A DNA stretch of 63,738 bases, filler included, from Reticulomyxa filosa (lineage: Eukaryota; Protista; Foraminifera), in NCBI GenBank assembly GCA_000512085.1. It is 21 parts of 21 records of this genome, joined end to end, with 100 filler letters (N's around TTAATTAATTAA, not from the genome) between each part and the next. Parts side by side here need not be neighbours in the genome. Positions count along the whole stretch, not along the records: positions 1 to 1,560 come from ASPP01027020.1; positions 1,661 to 6,040 come from ASPP01002646.1; positions 6,141 to 7,531 come from ASPP01008588.1; positions 7,632 to 9,230 come from ASPP01027275.1; positions 9,331 to 10,610 come from ASPP01041202.1; 16 more parts are not named here. One strand, written 5' to 3'. The position numbers and the translations under genes were made by a program. The notes under the pieces are model-generated. The model ran no database searches. It saw only the letters and a program-made list of their open reading frames with translations, and was not told the DNA's origin. Shown here in pieces: positions 1 to 10,710 of this stretch (its first letter is position 1; each line of letters starts with the position of its first letter).

Positions 1-1560
1 CATGACATATGATGCAGGCATGGCTTGATTGAAGCAAAGTGTTGATGATTTGGAAGAAGAAGACAATATTCGAGTTGCTCCGTATAATGTAGAAATTCAA
101 TGGCAATTGACAGAAAGAGCGCTTTGTTCGAAAAAGAAGAAAAAACAGAGCAAGTCGGAGCGACAACAGCAAACGTAGTCATCATTACATCAATTAGAGC
201 CACAAGCACAACAATCAGAAAAATACATAAAACACTCGTCAATTCTGCCGTCGTGGAAATCATTGAACAATGTGACGTAAACATTGAGACTGCACTTAGT
301 CGCGGTCTAGCAAAGCGGAAGACCCCAACAAGGCTATCTATATGTGAGATCGGACACATCACAAGCAACAAGTCCAAATGGGCTGCCCCCCTAATGTCGA
401 TCCACATTACCGGACTTTATGTTCGTACTTTATAACTTTTCGCTTTATGTGTTTTGTTTTTATATTATTATTGCAACTCTGTACATATATATGTATGTAT
501 GTATATGCACACAAAAATTGTATTTGTCTGAAACTGTGTGCAGACATCAGTGACAGAAAATGAATCAAGCATGGAAGAAACACAGACAGGAATCACAAGT
601 ACAACAGCGGGACATTGAACAAATGGACCAGACCCCAATGAAAAGAGATTTTACGAAAACAGACGAGTTTGGTAATCCAATAATATTTGAGACACCGCAT
701 TGCACGGTAAGCAGCACGGCGTTTATGATAGGCTTCGAAGTGATATCGCCGTCGCTGCAAGAATTAATGTTCAGTGCCGCCTGCTGTTCGTCGTTTCTTG
801 AGCAAAATCCAAAGATTATTGCCATTGCATTGTCGAGCTGCTGAACTGCATGCAATTGCCACACTTTCTGTTCGAGCGCTACACGCCGACCGTGGAACGA
901 CAAGCGGTTCAAGAAGCACGAGTTTGCACGATATCAAATGCAAAACGAACTTAACCACCAAAAATGGAGTGCCAAAAAAAGTCATCGAAAAGGACTCGGC
1001 TCCTCCTATCCACGCTAATGACATCAATGACATCAATGACATCAATGACATCAATGATACAAATGTGGCCAATGGAGAAATCAAACTCAAATATAAACAC
1101 AAGTTTAAATGTAAACTTAAACTCGAGTTAAAATTAAAATAAAAATTTAAGTGCAAATATAAACACAAACTCCAACTCAAATTTGAACACTACCAGTGGC
1201 AATGGCAATGGCAATGTCAATGTCATGGACAAGGAAACTGGATATGGTGGTATACGTCGTCCCCATCGCAGTAGCAGCCCATCCAACGACTCATTGCGAA
1301 ATGAACAATGCCAAGGAAATAAGCATTTGTGAAAACAAAGAACAGAAAAGAAGGCAGCTGCCGGACGGAAGTGAACGTAGACTTGGAGCAAATTAGATGG
1401 AGTCAAAATTGACTTTCGTCTCAAATGTAATGACTCCTCCATTTGGGATTTGGCCATGTACTTGTACAACATTTCACAAAAGTTTAAAGAATGGTCTATG
1501 TTTCTCATGACTGCACTACCAATACAAGCCATGTTAGCCCAATTGTTGGACAGTGAATGG
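1..1560 (+). pseudogene. Decayed protein-coding sequence, family unknown, with an Asn-rich low-complexity segment
   Basis: The frame from 1081 reads as protein (SNSNINTSLNVNLN...DKETGYGGIRRPHRSSSPSNDSL...WSKLDGVKIDFRLKCNDSSIWDLAMYLYNISQKFKEWSMFLMTALPIQAMLAQLLDSEW). It is broken by TAA at 1129 and 1135, TGA at 1330 and 1372, and TAG at 1378. Confidence 0.5.
1017..1058 (+). repeat. 9-bp tandem repeat (AATGACATC)x4 plus a partial copy
   Basis: Seen directly in the sequence. Confidence 0.9.
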
Positions 1561-1660
1561 NNNNNNNNNNNNNNNNNNNNNNNNNNNNNNNNNNNNNNNN
1601 NNNNTTAATTAATTAANNNNNNNNNNNNNNNNNNNNNNNNNNNNNNNNNNNNNNNNNNNN
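1561..1660. other. Artificial contig-joining spacer N44-TTAATTAATTAA-N44 (first of 20)
   Basis: The same 100-bp block, with stops in all six frames, recurs at 6041, 7532, 9231, 10611, 14618, 15780, 18859, 23855, 25788, 35453, 42046, 43313, 44994, 50102, 51792, 52957, 57488, 58687 and 61075. Confidence 0.98.
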
Positions 1661-1885
1661 AAAAAAAAAAAAAATTGTTTTTGAACGTACTAACAAAACA
1701 ATCCACGTTCCCCACTTTTGCATTGGGAGTACTTGTAATTTATTTTATTTTGAAATCCTGCAAAAGGGGAGGAAGAAAAGAAAGGTGTTTTCAACACTTA
1801 AATGGGGACATTTGATGCTGAATACCATTGCGCATGCAACCTACCTTTTTCCAATTTAATGTAATTGTGTGTGTATTTTTTTTAA

Positions 1886-4550
1886 ATGTTGGAGATAGTG
1901 CCAAACAACTGGGGAAATGATTTCAAGACAGTATCACATACCTCAGCACAAGACAAGCAAACGAACCCATGTTCGAATCTTGAAAATCCAAATGTATTGA
2001 TTCCGCAGTTCTACGACCAATCAACCAATTCCTTGGATTTTGTTCATTCGAATGAGTTTCGCTTGGACACGAGTTTGTGGGATAGAAGTGAACAAAAGAG
2101 GGAACGGAACGGATTGACATCTTCACTTTCCTTTCTTTGATCCGATTTTCATTTTTTTTTTTTTTGTTCTCCTTCCTCTTCATCGTAATCTCTTTATCAC
2201 TCTTTCTTGGTCCACAAAAAAAAGCAAGTACTGTATTTTGTTGATGACATACACGCACACGCATATGTGACAAGTGACATATCCAAAGTCGTGAAAGAGA
2301 CACCAGTGCCAAGCAAATTGTTCCCAAACGTGGATTGGCAAAGAGTTGTGTTTGGCGAACACCACGCACAAAAAAAAGTTTGGGAGCAACAGTGCGGTGT
2401 GTCAATCACTTTGGACAAAATGGAACAAGTTAATTGTGTCAAAGAAATTGAAGAGAGAAGCTATACAATTACATTTTATTATGTGTATATTTATTTATTT
2501 ATCTTTTTGTAATGCGTGTGAATATATATATATATATATGTATATATATTACATATATATGTATATTTGATTCGTTATAAAGGACAAAGGACAGTACCGG
2601 AAAGTAAGAGTTGCGGGGTATGACTCCCGGTGCGTAGATGAAGCGCTGACGCAAATCAATGCAACAATGTTCGATCGGTCGAAACATGTTCCACTTATCG
2701 AAAGACAGATTTGTTGTTTGCATCGTACGGATGAACAAGCGTGTGCAAAAGCGCAGTACACTGAAACCAAGGCCGACGAAACAGAAACCGAAACAAAAGC
2801 AAAAGCAAAAACAGGTACGAATAAAAGTGCTCAAAATTGGTGGAAAGGCAGATGCGAAAATTGTCATTCCACTGCTCCCATAGCTTCCACCACACGGCCT
2901 GTTAACACCCCTTTCTCACATTTGCACTGTTGCAATCCTATCGCTCCTTCGCGCCAAGGATATGTCCATCATGGCAGCTTTTTTAATGTTCATGAAGGAA
3001 AAGAAGAAGAAAGAAAGGAAGAAAACGTACAAAGTCATTCAAATGATCAAATATCAACCCTAAACCAATTACAGAGGATGATTAAAGAAAAAGAGCACCA
3101 ATGTTGTGCTTTTCATAAAACAGCAATGAAGCAACATAAAGACTGCGATGCAAATAAAAAATGCAATCCCCAGCTCACGCATTACGATGAAAAACGTCCT
3201 AGTCTTTATGTTTCCATTGAAAATGAACGTGACAAAAAAATAGAAGAACACAAAGATAGACCCACTAACCCGGCCCTTTGGATGCTCCTTGAACCACCTC
3301 TTCCCGCAAAACAAACCGCCATTGACCAAGATGCCGCAGGCAACCTACAGACATCTCGCATGCCCGACGTATCTGCTCCTGTAGAGAAGATCCCTGCGTC
3401 AAGTCAAAATACAAATCGATTGGATATAAATCCCATTGTTTTTATTACCATCAATACCCTACGTTGTCCTGCCGATAATAATACTCTGTTAAGAGAGAAA
3501 GAGAAAAGCATGTACATAAAATACACAAAATAAATTACTTTAAAAAAAAAACAAACTTTTTTTATACGTTGGTTGCGTGTTTGACGTGCTAAGGGATAAC
3601 CATGATACGATATCTTCGATGCACCCAGAGAGGGCTGACGACTTATTGTTCAATGATTCCCACCCACACCCAATCGTCAAGCCACTTCAAAAATGTGATG
3701 TCCTACCTTTATATTCATTTCTCTTCCTCTCGCTCCTAAACTCATACCACTTCAATAACACACAATACATGTATGTGTATGTGTAATGGAAAGGTAAACC
3801 AACATCCCACGCGATACAAGCTGTAGCTTCCCCTTCTGACATGCATAATCGCACCCAGTCTGGTATACGTGATAAGCAAGATCAAGATGTACAATACTCA
3901 ACTCTTTCAGTACAACATGCCGATAGCCAAGTGGTCGATTCCGCCAAAGGTGATGCCAGTCTCGCATTACTTGCTGACACTATTCCCCCACCAGTGGTCG
4001 GAAATCACAATGATGCAATTTGCGACCAAATGCATTACCTTGACCTCGTCGATGGATCCTTGAAATTATCTTCCCACGGCAATGACTTATTGGTCTCTGG
4101 AGCTCTTCAAAGTTCAATTTCTTTTATTAATCTGTATTGTTACTTGCTTTGCATTTGAAAACACGAATAAAGAGAAGGCGAAGCATGTTTTCTTTTCTTT
4201 TTATTACTACAAAACAAATAATATTGGCTCTTTCGTTTGATGAGAGGGGGGATAAAAAAAGAGAGTCAAATTACTTTAATGATGTCAACTGGAGAAACGA
4301 GCCACGAAGAGATAACTTTCTCTATCAATGCAATGTCAATAAGCATCAACACTGTAATTTTGGCACCTCCAGATGTAAATCTTATACTCATTCCGGACAT
4401 CATCCAAAAGACAATCATGATCGAGACAGAAACACAATGGATAAAAAGGAAATGGAAACCATGTATACAAAAGTAGAACAAGCAAGTCTTTTTCACAACT
4501 TGGAGTGTGATGAAGAAAATGTAATTGATAGGGAAGTGATGGACCAATGA
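1886..4550 (+). CDS. Multi-exon hypothetical protein with a divergent KH (SF1/STAR-like) domain and a long low-complexity tail; ends uncertain
   Basis: Splicing the phase-0 GT-AG intron 2429-2582 gives PVPSKLFPNVDWQRVVFGEHHAQKKVWEQQCGVSITLDKMEQDKGQYRKVRVAGYDSRCVDEALTQINATM, which follows KH spacing. ORFs 2667-3533, 3577-3786, 3841-4158 and 4237-4550 look like further exons. Confidence 0.45.
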
Positions 4551-5369
4551 AAGTCAAAGATTCTATCACTGGCGAAATTGTAAATGCTTTATTTTATACA
4601 GTAGCACCGTATTGAATATTACCATTTCACTATTGCTATTTCTTTCCGTCTAATTTTCGCTACACTATTGTCTGTGTTAAGATTGTCATTTTTTTGCAAG
4701 TCTTATTATTTTGGGGCTAGACAATCAAATTTCGACATAGTGCAGCATACAAGAAAATTAACGAAAAGTGCCTCTATTTTCATAAATATTCAAGAATGAT
4801 TCCGAAAAATCGACCAAATTTTTCTTCCGTTGTAAGTTTTAATAGTATGTTAGAAGTGTTGATTATTGTAAGCTTGTTTCGTTGAAAGTTCTAAAAAATT
4901 TATTTTATAAGCCATTCATTGTTGTATCTTCCACAAATAAAACTACTTCAATCCCATAAAGAGGAGAGAAAGTGCAAGAGAATTCTTTTTTTTAAACAAT
5001 CCGATAAAACTTAAAGTTCAGTTTTTGGGTTACAACACTAAAGTAGTGATTGTCAATCTCGGTAATCAGATGAGAACATGATATGTTTTTTGGAGTGACT
5101 TTTACATTTTTGAATATTTTGAATGGAGGAACAAAAAACGACAGCAAAAGCTTCTGCGAACATTAACACAAACACACAAAAAGAAAAACATGAAACACTG
5201 ATACTCAACAAAAGCAAACCTTCAAATTTTTTTTTCATTAATTGAATGGTTGATTTTGCCAAGTGTCTTTTTATTTTGTTGTCCCTCCAGATTTTCTTTT
5301 TTTTTTTTTTTGTGTGTGAGCTGTGTATTGCTATTTGAGTTGACGCAATTGAGGTTTGAAAAATGCTGT

Positions 5370-6036
5370 TCATTCGGTAGCATGCATTTTTTTACAGTGT
5401 CGTGCCCAATGACTCTTTTGATGAAAAGTTTGTCCACACACGGCCCCACAATCAAGAGTCATGCAACAATGGAAAAAGCCATTGTTGTTGTTAGTTGACC
5501 CATCCAATCGAATATCCAAATGAGTTTGTAAACATAAAAAGAGTGGAAATTTTTTATGTCGAACGTACTTGGGTTGATTCAACCTTACTCTTTTGATCAT
5601 CTTTTTGCCCCAAAGTATGATATTATCGCTACTATCTACGCTTGGTTCATTGGAAAATAATGAGTTTGTTAGTACATTGTTGTCTTGCACCATCTCTTTG
5701 TATGACCTTTTTTTTTTTTATACGTTGCAGCACCTCGGCGGCTTGATTATTTTCGTGTTCGGGCAATGAAAATGGCTGAGCTGGTTGCGATTGTCTGCCA
5801 GTAGTATACGTCGAAAAACTAGTTATTGCTGTGGTTGTTGTATTTGTATTTGCAGTTGCAATTGGAGTTGCAGTTATTGTTGTTGTTGTTGGTTTGAAAT
5901 TATTGTCAATGATGTTTTCATTGTTCTCATCAGCTTCTTTTTTTTTTTTTTTTTTGTCGTTGTTGTTGTTGTTGTTGTTGTCGTTGTCGTCGGAGGTTAA
6001 GTTTTGTTTTTTCACGTTCCCCATAATCAACAGCAT
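5370..6036 (-). CDS. 3' part of an Asn/Thr-rich protein ending in a C2H2 zinc finger
   Basis: C-terminal CGAVCGQTFHQKSHWARHCKKMH fits C-x3-C-x3-F-x8-H-x4-H. The upstream ORF 5647-6036 joins it by a frame change at the T-run 5708-5719. Confidence 0.6.
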
Positions 6037-6142
6037 ATTTNNNNNNNNNNNNNNNNNNNNNNNNNNNNNNNNNNNNNNNNNNNNTTAATTAATTAANNNN
6101 NNNNNNNNNNNNNNNNNNNNNNNNNNNNNNNNNNNNNNNNCG

Positions 6143-7017
6143 CCTGCAGGTAAGAGAGCCGCCGTGGAGCACCTGACGAAAGAACACAAAGTCAGCGTGG
6201 CACGGGCTTGCAGGTTGGTGAACATGGCTCCGAGCAGCTTCCGTTACGAGGCGCAAACGATCCGACCGAGCCGCGGATCCGCGAGGCGCTGCGTGAACAT
6301 GCGGCCCGTCGCCGACGCTGGGGCTACAGACGAATGCGCACCCTGCTTCGTCGGGATGGCTTCCATCTCAATCACAAGAAGGTGTACCGACTTTACCGCG
6401 AAGAGCGGCTGCAGGTGCGTCGTCGTCGTAAGGCCAAGCAGCGAGTGCCGCGTGGGGATCTGAAGGGACAGGCTCCGAGCCGCCCCAACGAACGCTGGAG
6501 CCTGGATTTTGTGCATGACCAGCTCGTCGGTGGTCGCTCACTACGCATGCTCACCGTGGTGGATGATCACACACGGGAATGCCTGTGGATTGAGGCGGAC
6601 CGGAGCCTCTCCGGCCGACGCGTCATCCAGGTGCTGGATAGGCTCATTGAGCTGCGCGGACTCCCGGACTCGATCCTGACAGACAATGGCCCTGAGTTTA
6701 CCTGCCAGGTGATGCTCGAATGGGAAGACCGAACCAAGGTGCTCCATCGCTACATCCAGCCAGGCAAGCCCTCCCAAAATGGCTTCATAGAGAGCTTTAA
6801 TGGGAAACTCCGCGACGAATGTCTCAACGAAAACCTGTTCCTCTCCGTCACCCATGCACGAGGTTTGCTCGAGGACTTTATAGTCGATTACAACACCGAG
6901 CGTCCGCATAGCTCCCTGGGTGAATTAACTCCCAGTGAATATGCCCGGCAGGTGGCCGGCGCGCGCCCCCCTAGGGGGCTGTGGAAGGGAATGATCTCTT
7001 GCCAGTACTCAGCCTAA
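6143..7017 (+). CDS. IS3-family transposase OrfB (HTH_21 + rve integrase core), with a 1-nt frameshift at AAA 6255-6257
   Basis: The N-terminus [11 protein letters not shown]...[15 protein letters not shown] is in one frame. [61 protein letters not shown] and [11 protein letters not shown] are in the next frame. Confidence 0.93.
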
Positions 7018-7039
7018 ACAACAACCTCACTTCCTCCCC

Positions 7040-7079
7040 CGACTCTCATTGAAACCGAGCGGAAACGGGGGGCAGGTCA
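7040..7079 (-). repeat. Right terminal inverted repeat of the IS3-family element
   Basis: Begins TGACCTGCCCCCCGTTTCC on the minus strand, about 60 bp after the transposase stop. The inner boundary is approximate because the left repeat is absent. Confidence 0.7.
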
Positions 7080-7528
7080 GTTCCTGTCTCCTTCAGCGTA
7101 ATCGAGAGCTGCGTTTCATCGATCAGCGGCGTGCACGTGCGGGGAACGAGGTCGTATTGCCGTTCCAGTAGGAAATCGAAATTTGTTGTGCAAACCAGGC
7201 TGAATGGAATCGAGCAGAATGCCTTGTGAGCCTCGCCAGGTCTGGCTTCATCGATGAGGAGTTCCTTACCAAGTCGTTCTACTAACTTTGCTCGTCCAAA
7301 CTCGTGTTCGAATGCGGAGATTGAATCCAACGCGTGAGCTGGCGAGTAGTCCGAAAGTTCCTTAGCTAACGCGTTACCCAGGTCGTTCCACAAAGGCATT
7401 TTCTTTCGCGGAGGAACGACCGCATTGCGGGAGAGGCCTGCGCCAACGATAGGAAACCAGAGTCCAGCGACTAGATCTTCCAGAAGCGGAGCAGGGAAAT
7501 TGCGGAGATACTTTGTTTTACGAGTCAT
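7080..7528 (-). pseudogene. Bacterial SIR2-like (SIR2_2) NAD-binding domain gene, N-terminal ~150 codons, truncated by the IS
   Basis: Motifs PIVGAGLS, MPLWNDL, PGEAHKAF and VCTTNFDFLLE are present. The last 10 residues (DLPPVSARFQ*) are read from the IS end. The downstream KLHG-type motif is missing. Confidence 0.85.
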
Positions 7529-7631
7529 TGANNNNNNNNNNNNNNNNNNNNNNNNNNNNNNNNNNNNNNNNNNNNTTAATTAATTAANNNNNNNNNNNNN
7601 NNNNNNNNNNNNNNNNNNNNNNNNNNNNNNN

Positions 7632-8143
7632 CAATACACATAGCCTGAGTGTTCATTGAATGATTGTAATTTGTTTGTTGTTATCAATATTCCATACACG
7701 AACTGTATTATCTTCTGATCCAGAACAAATAAATTGACTACAGTCAAATTTGAATAATCAATGCTGCGCACAATATCAGTATGTCCATTGAATGTATTAA
7801 TTAATTTGGATGATGAACGAAATATATCGAACATGAAAAAAATTCCTGCCTATGTTAGAGTGTAATAATAGATATTGTAAACAAATATACATTTGTGATT
7901 GAATGAAAATAAAACATAACATAATTGACCACAAGTTTGTCAAACTCATTAATCCATCCTAATTTAATATTTAATATTCGAGTCCAATTCCAGATAATTA
8001 ATTGGATATCTTCTTCTAACTTGTTTAACCATAAGTCACACACAATAAATATGACTGTAAAACATTTAGTTTTGAAAGATTGAAATAAAGCTTACTAATA
8101 CTGGTTGTACTGAAGCTTGTTTTTCATTGCTCTGAGTGGTCAT
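7632..8143 (-). pseudogene. WD40-repeat gene of an expanded lineage-specific family, 5' part, with two compensating 1-nt frameshifts
   Basis: ATG at 8143, exon EEDIQLIIWNWTRILNIKLGWINEFDKLVVNY, then FRSSSKLINTFNGHTDIVRSIDYS. The WD segment FDCSQFICSGSEDNTVRVWNIDNNKQI lies in a shifted frame before returning to QSFNEHSGYVY. Confidence 0.75.
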
Positions 8144-8912
8144 CCTTTTTTTTTGAGCTGTCTTAGATGATGCAAGATGAAAAAATGTTTGAACTTTTTT
8201 ATTAAAATAAAGTAGGTTTTTTGCCACATGCACATTGTTTATTGTAATTTGAAATGTAAATATATGGATGATTACAACTAATAAAAAAGAAATATTTGAA
8301 GAATTTAAATTGATATTTCATCAGATTATTCTTATTTTTATTAAATCAATGGAAAATATTATTTTCATTACAAAAAATGTAATATAAATTATTTCTTGCA
8401 AATTTCTAATTTAATTCTATTTGAAACGTTTGAAATGTTTTACATCTTTTTCTTTCACATTTGGACATTCCAATCAAATATGAAAATTTTAAATACTTAT
8501 TTATTTCATCCAATGTGATATCCATAAAAGTTTTCTTCATTCTCTTTGTGAATTTGTTTAAAACAGAAATACTTTTCTTTGAACAACAACAAATTATCAA
8601 ATTATACAAGAGGTAACATGTAACTTTCATCTCAAACAATTAGAATTGGTAGACCTATTTTACTCTTTGGAAAAACATTTTACTTATGGAAAAGGTTGTC
8701 TTTTGGAAAAAGGAAATAGAATATTTTTAAGACATTTTAAAATAGTCTTGTTATGCAAATTGTGTGATACAATCAATATGGTAATTTTATCATAAAGAAA
8801 TCATAATTTTTACATACATTTTTTTTTACTTTTAAAAAGAACAACTTTTTTAAAAGTACTTCACCCTTTTTAAAAAATCTAAATTACATCATAGTTTCTC
8901 AACATTAACAAC

Positions 8913-9230
8913 ATGAACAATCAAACTTTTCAAACTTTGAGAAAGTTGCCAACTTCACTTTATCTATTTCAATGTGTGCTACACAAACATGAACTTCTCA
9001 TTTGTGGAGGTCAATTTAAAAGAGCTTGTTATTCTTATCATACACTCAAAAACGAGTACAAGTTTATCTGTGAGTATCCAAGTGATGTTACATTAAATGG
9101 ACACTGTGTAGTGAAATTGATAGATAACAACAACAAAGACATCAATCAAATAACATTATTATCTTTTGGTGGATATCCTAAACATACATTAGTAATGAAA
9201 TATATAAGTGTTTGGAGTAATAAATCAAAT
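8913..9230 (+). CDS. Kelch-like beta-propeller protein of an expanded family, 5' part
   Basis: QCVLHKHELLICGG..RACYSYH..KNEYKFICEYP...GHCVVKL...ITLLSFGG shows Kelch-type GG motifs. The ORF runs off the contig. Confidence 0.7.
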
Positions 9231-10710
9231 NNNNNNNNNNNNNNNNNNNNNNNNNNNNNNNNNNNNNNNNNNNNTTAATTAATTAANNNNNNNNNNNNNN
9301 NNNNNNNNNNNNNNNNNNNNNNNNNNNNNNGGTTGGCTATAAACTATTTGATGATAGTAAAGCATTGTTCCAGTCACATTTAGATGAAAAGAAGATTATC
9401 AAAAGCAATTTGCTGCTTTTTGAAAATAAACCACTTATTTGGAGAAACAAGTGGTTTATTTTAGACCATATAATTTGATCGTAAAATTATTGAAACAAAT
9501 TTTTTTTGCTCAGTGGGTTAAAAATAGACTACCAACATCTTTATGAAAGTTGGTAGAGACTTGCATTTTATGTAGTGTACAGTCAAATAATGTACTTTCT
9601 TTTTGTTCAATTATTTTTTATTTTTTTTTATGTTCGATTATTGATTCTTGTGCAATATTATGAAATCTTTTATTATTTTTATATCGAAATCAGAAATGAT
9701 CAAACTAAAAAACACAAAATGGGTAAACAAAGATTTAAGACTTTTTGTCAAATTATAAAGTATATCGGAAATTAAGGAAAAACTAAAAAAAAACATGTAT
9801 ATATTGAATCGCAACACTTAAATCCAAAGCAAATGAAATTTTAAATATATGTCATACATATGCAACATTGGGATCTGGAGCGCTTTTTTTATATGGAGTT
9901 CTCACATAAACTTCATCCGGAGCATCAAAAGAAAAGATTTCAGACTATTGGAAAAAAAAAGAAATTTTTTTGTTTGGATAAACGTATAAAAAACATTTTC
10001 GTTTTGCACGCGTTCAAAAAAAAAAAAAAAAATAGAAAAGAAAAAAAAAACTTGAAACAAACTTCTATGCCATTAGATCTTCGATTCTTTGGCAGTACGA
10101 TCCAACCTTTCAAATTGGTGGGAATGTATTTCAACTTACTTCCAAAATATTAGTTGATAATGGTACGAATACGCTGTTAGGAGCAACGGTTTGGCAATGC
10201 AAAACAAGACATTTTTCGTCGATTTGAGTTGAATATATGTCATAAGCAATACGCGATTACAGTTTCATTCCATGTCGCCTTTTTTTTTGTTTATCGTGTT
10301 GTAGCTGTTGCTTGAACAACTAGCAGGCTCATCGAAATGCTACATTTATGTCTGTGTCATCGCTTGTTTGTAAAGACAAAATTTACTCTTTGATTCTTCT
10401 GCGCTGGCCCGCTTTCCATAATAAATCACGTGACGCCTTGTCAAATGCCAAAGTTCCAAACTAGTTTTCGTCAATATATCGAACTGTGCTTCGTAACTTT
10501 CGGCCCACTTGTGCAGCCCATACTCGCTGCATAAACACAATCCAGCGTTTCGTTGATCATATCAATGCCACCACGAGGAAGACATTTGAGCGGCAATCTT
10601 TTTTTATCTTNNNNNNNNNNNNNNNNNNNNNNNNNNNNNNNNNNNNNNNNNNNNTTAATTAATTAANNNNNNNNNNNNNNNNNNNNNNNNNNNNNNNNNN
10701 NNNNNNNNNN

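Larger units (their letters stand above)
6141..7079 (+). mobile_element. IS3-family insertion sequence, IS407-like group (left end cut off by the contig edge)
   Basis: Contains a DDE transposase OrfB. The right end ...GGAAACGGGGGGCAGGTCA (5'-TGACCTGCCCCCC on the minus strand) is a TG...CA IS3-type terminus. The contig is GC-rich and intronless. Confidence 0.92.

Noticed and set aside
6244-6909. Minus-strand ORFs 6244-6516 and 6541-6909
   Set aside because: They are antisense shadows of the GC-rich transposase.
6141-9230. IS and SIR2 adjacent to eukaryotic WD40 and Kelch genes as a hybrid defence island or transfer event
   Set aside because: They are separated by an artificial spacer, so there is no evidence of physical linkage.
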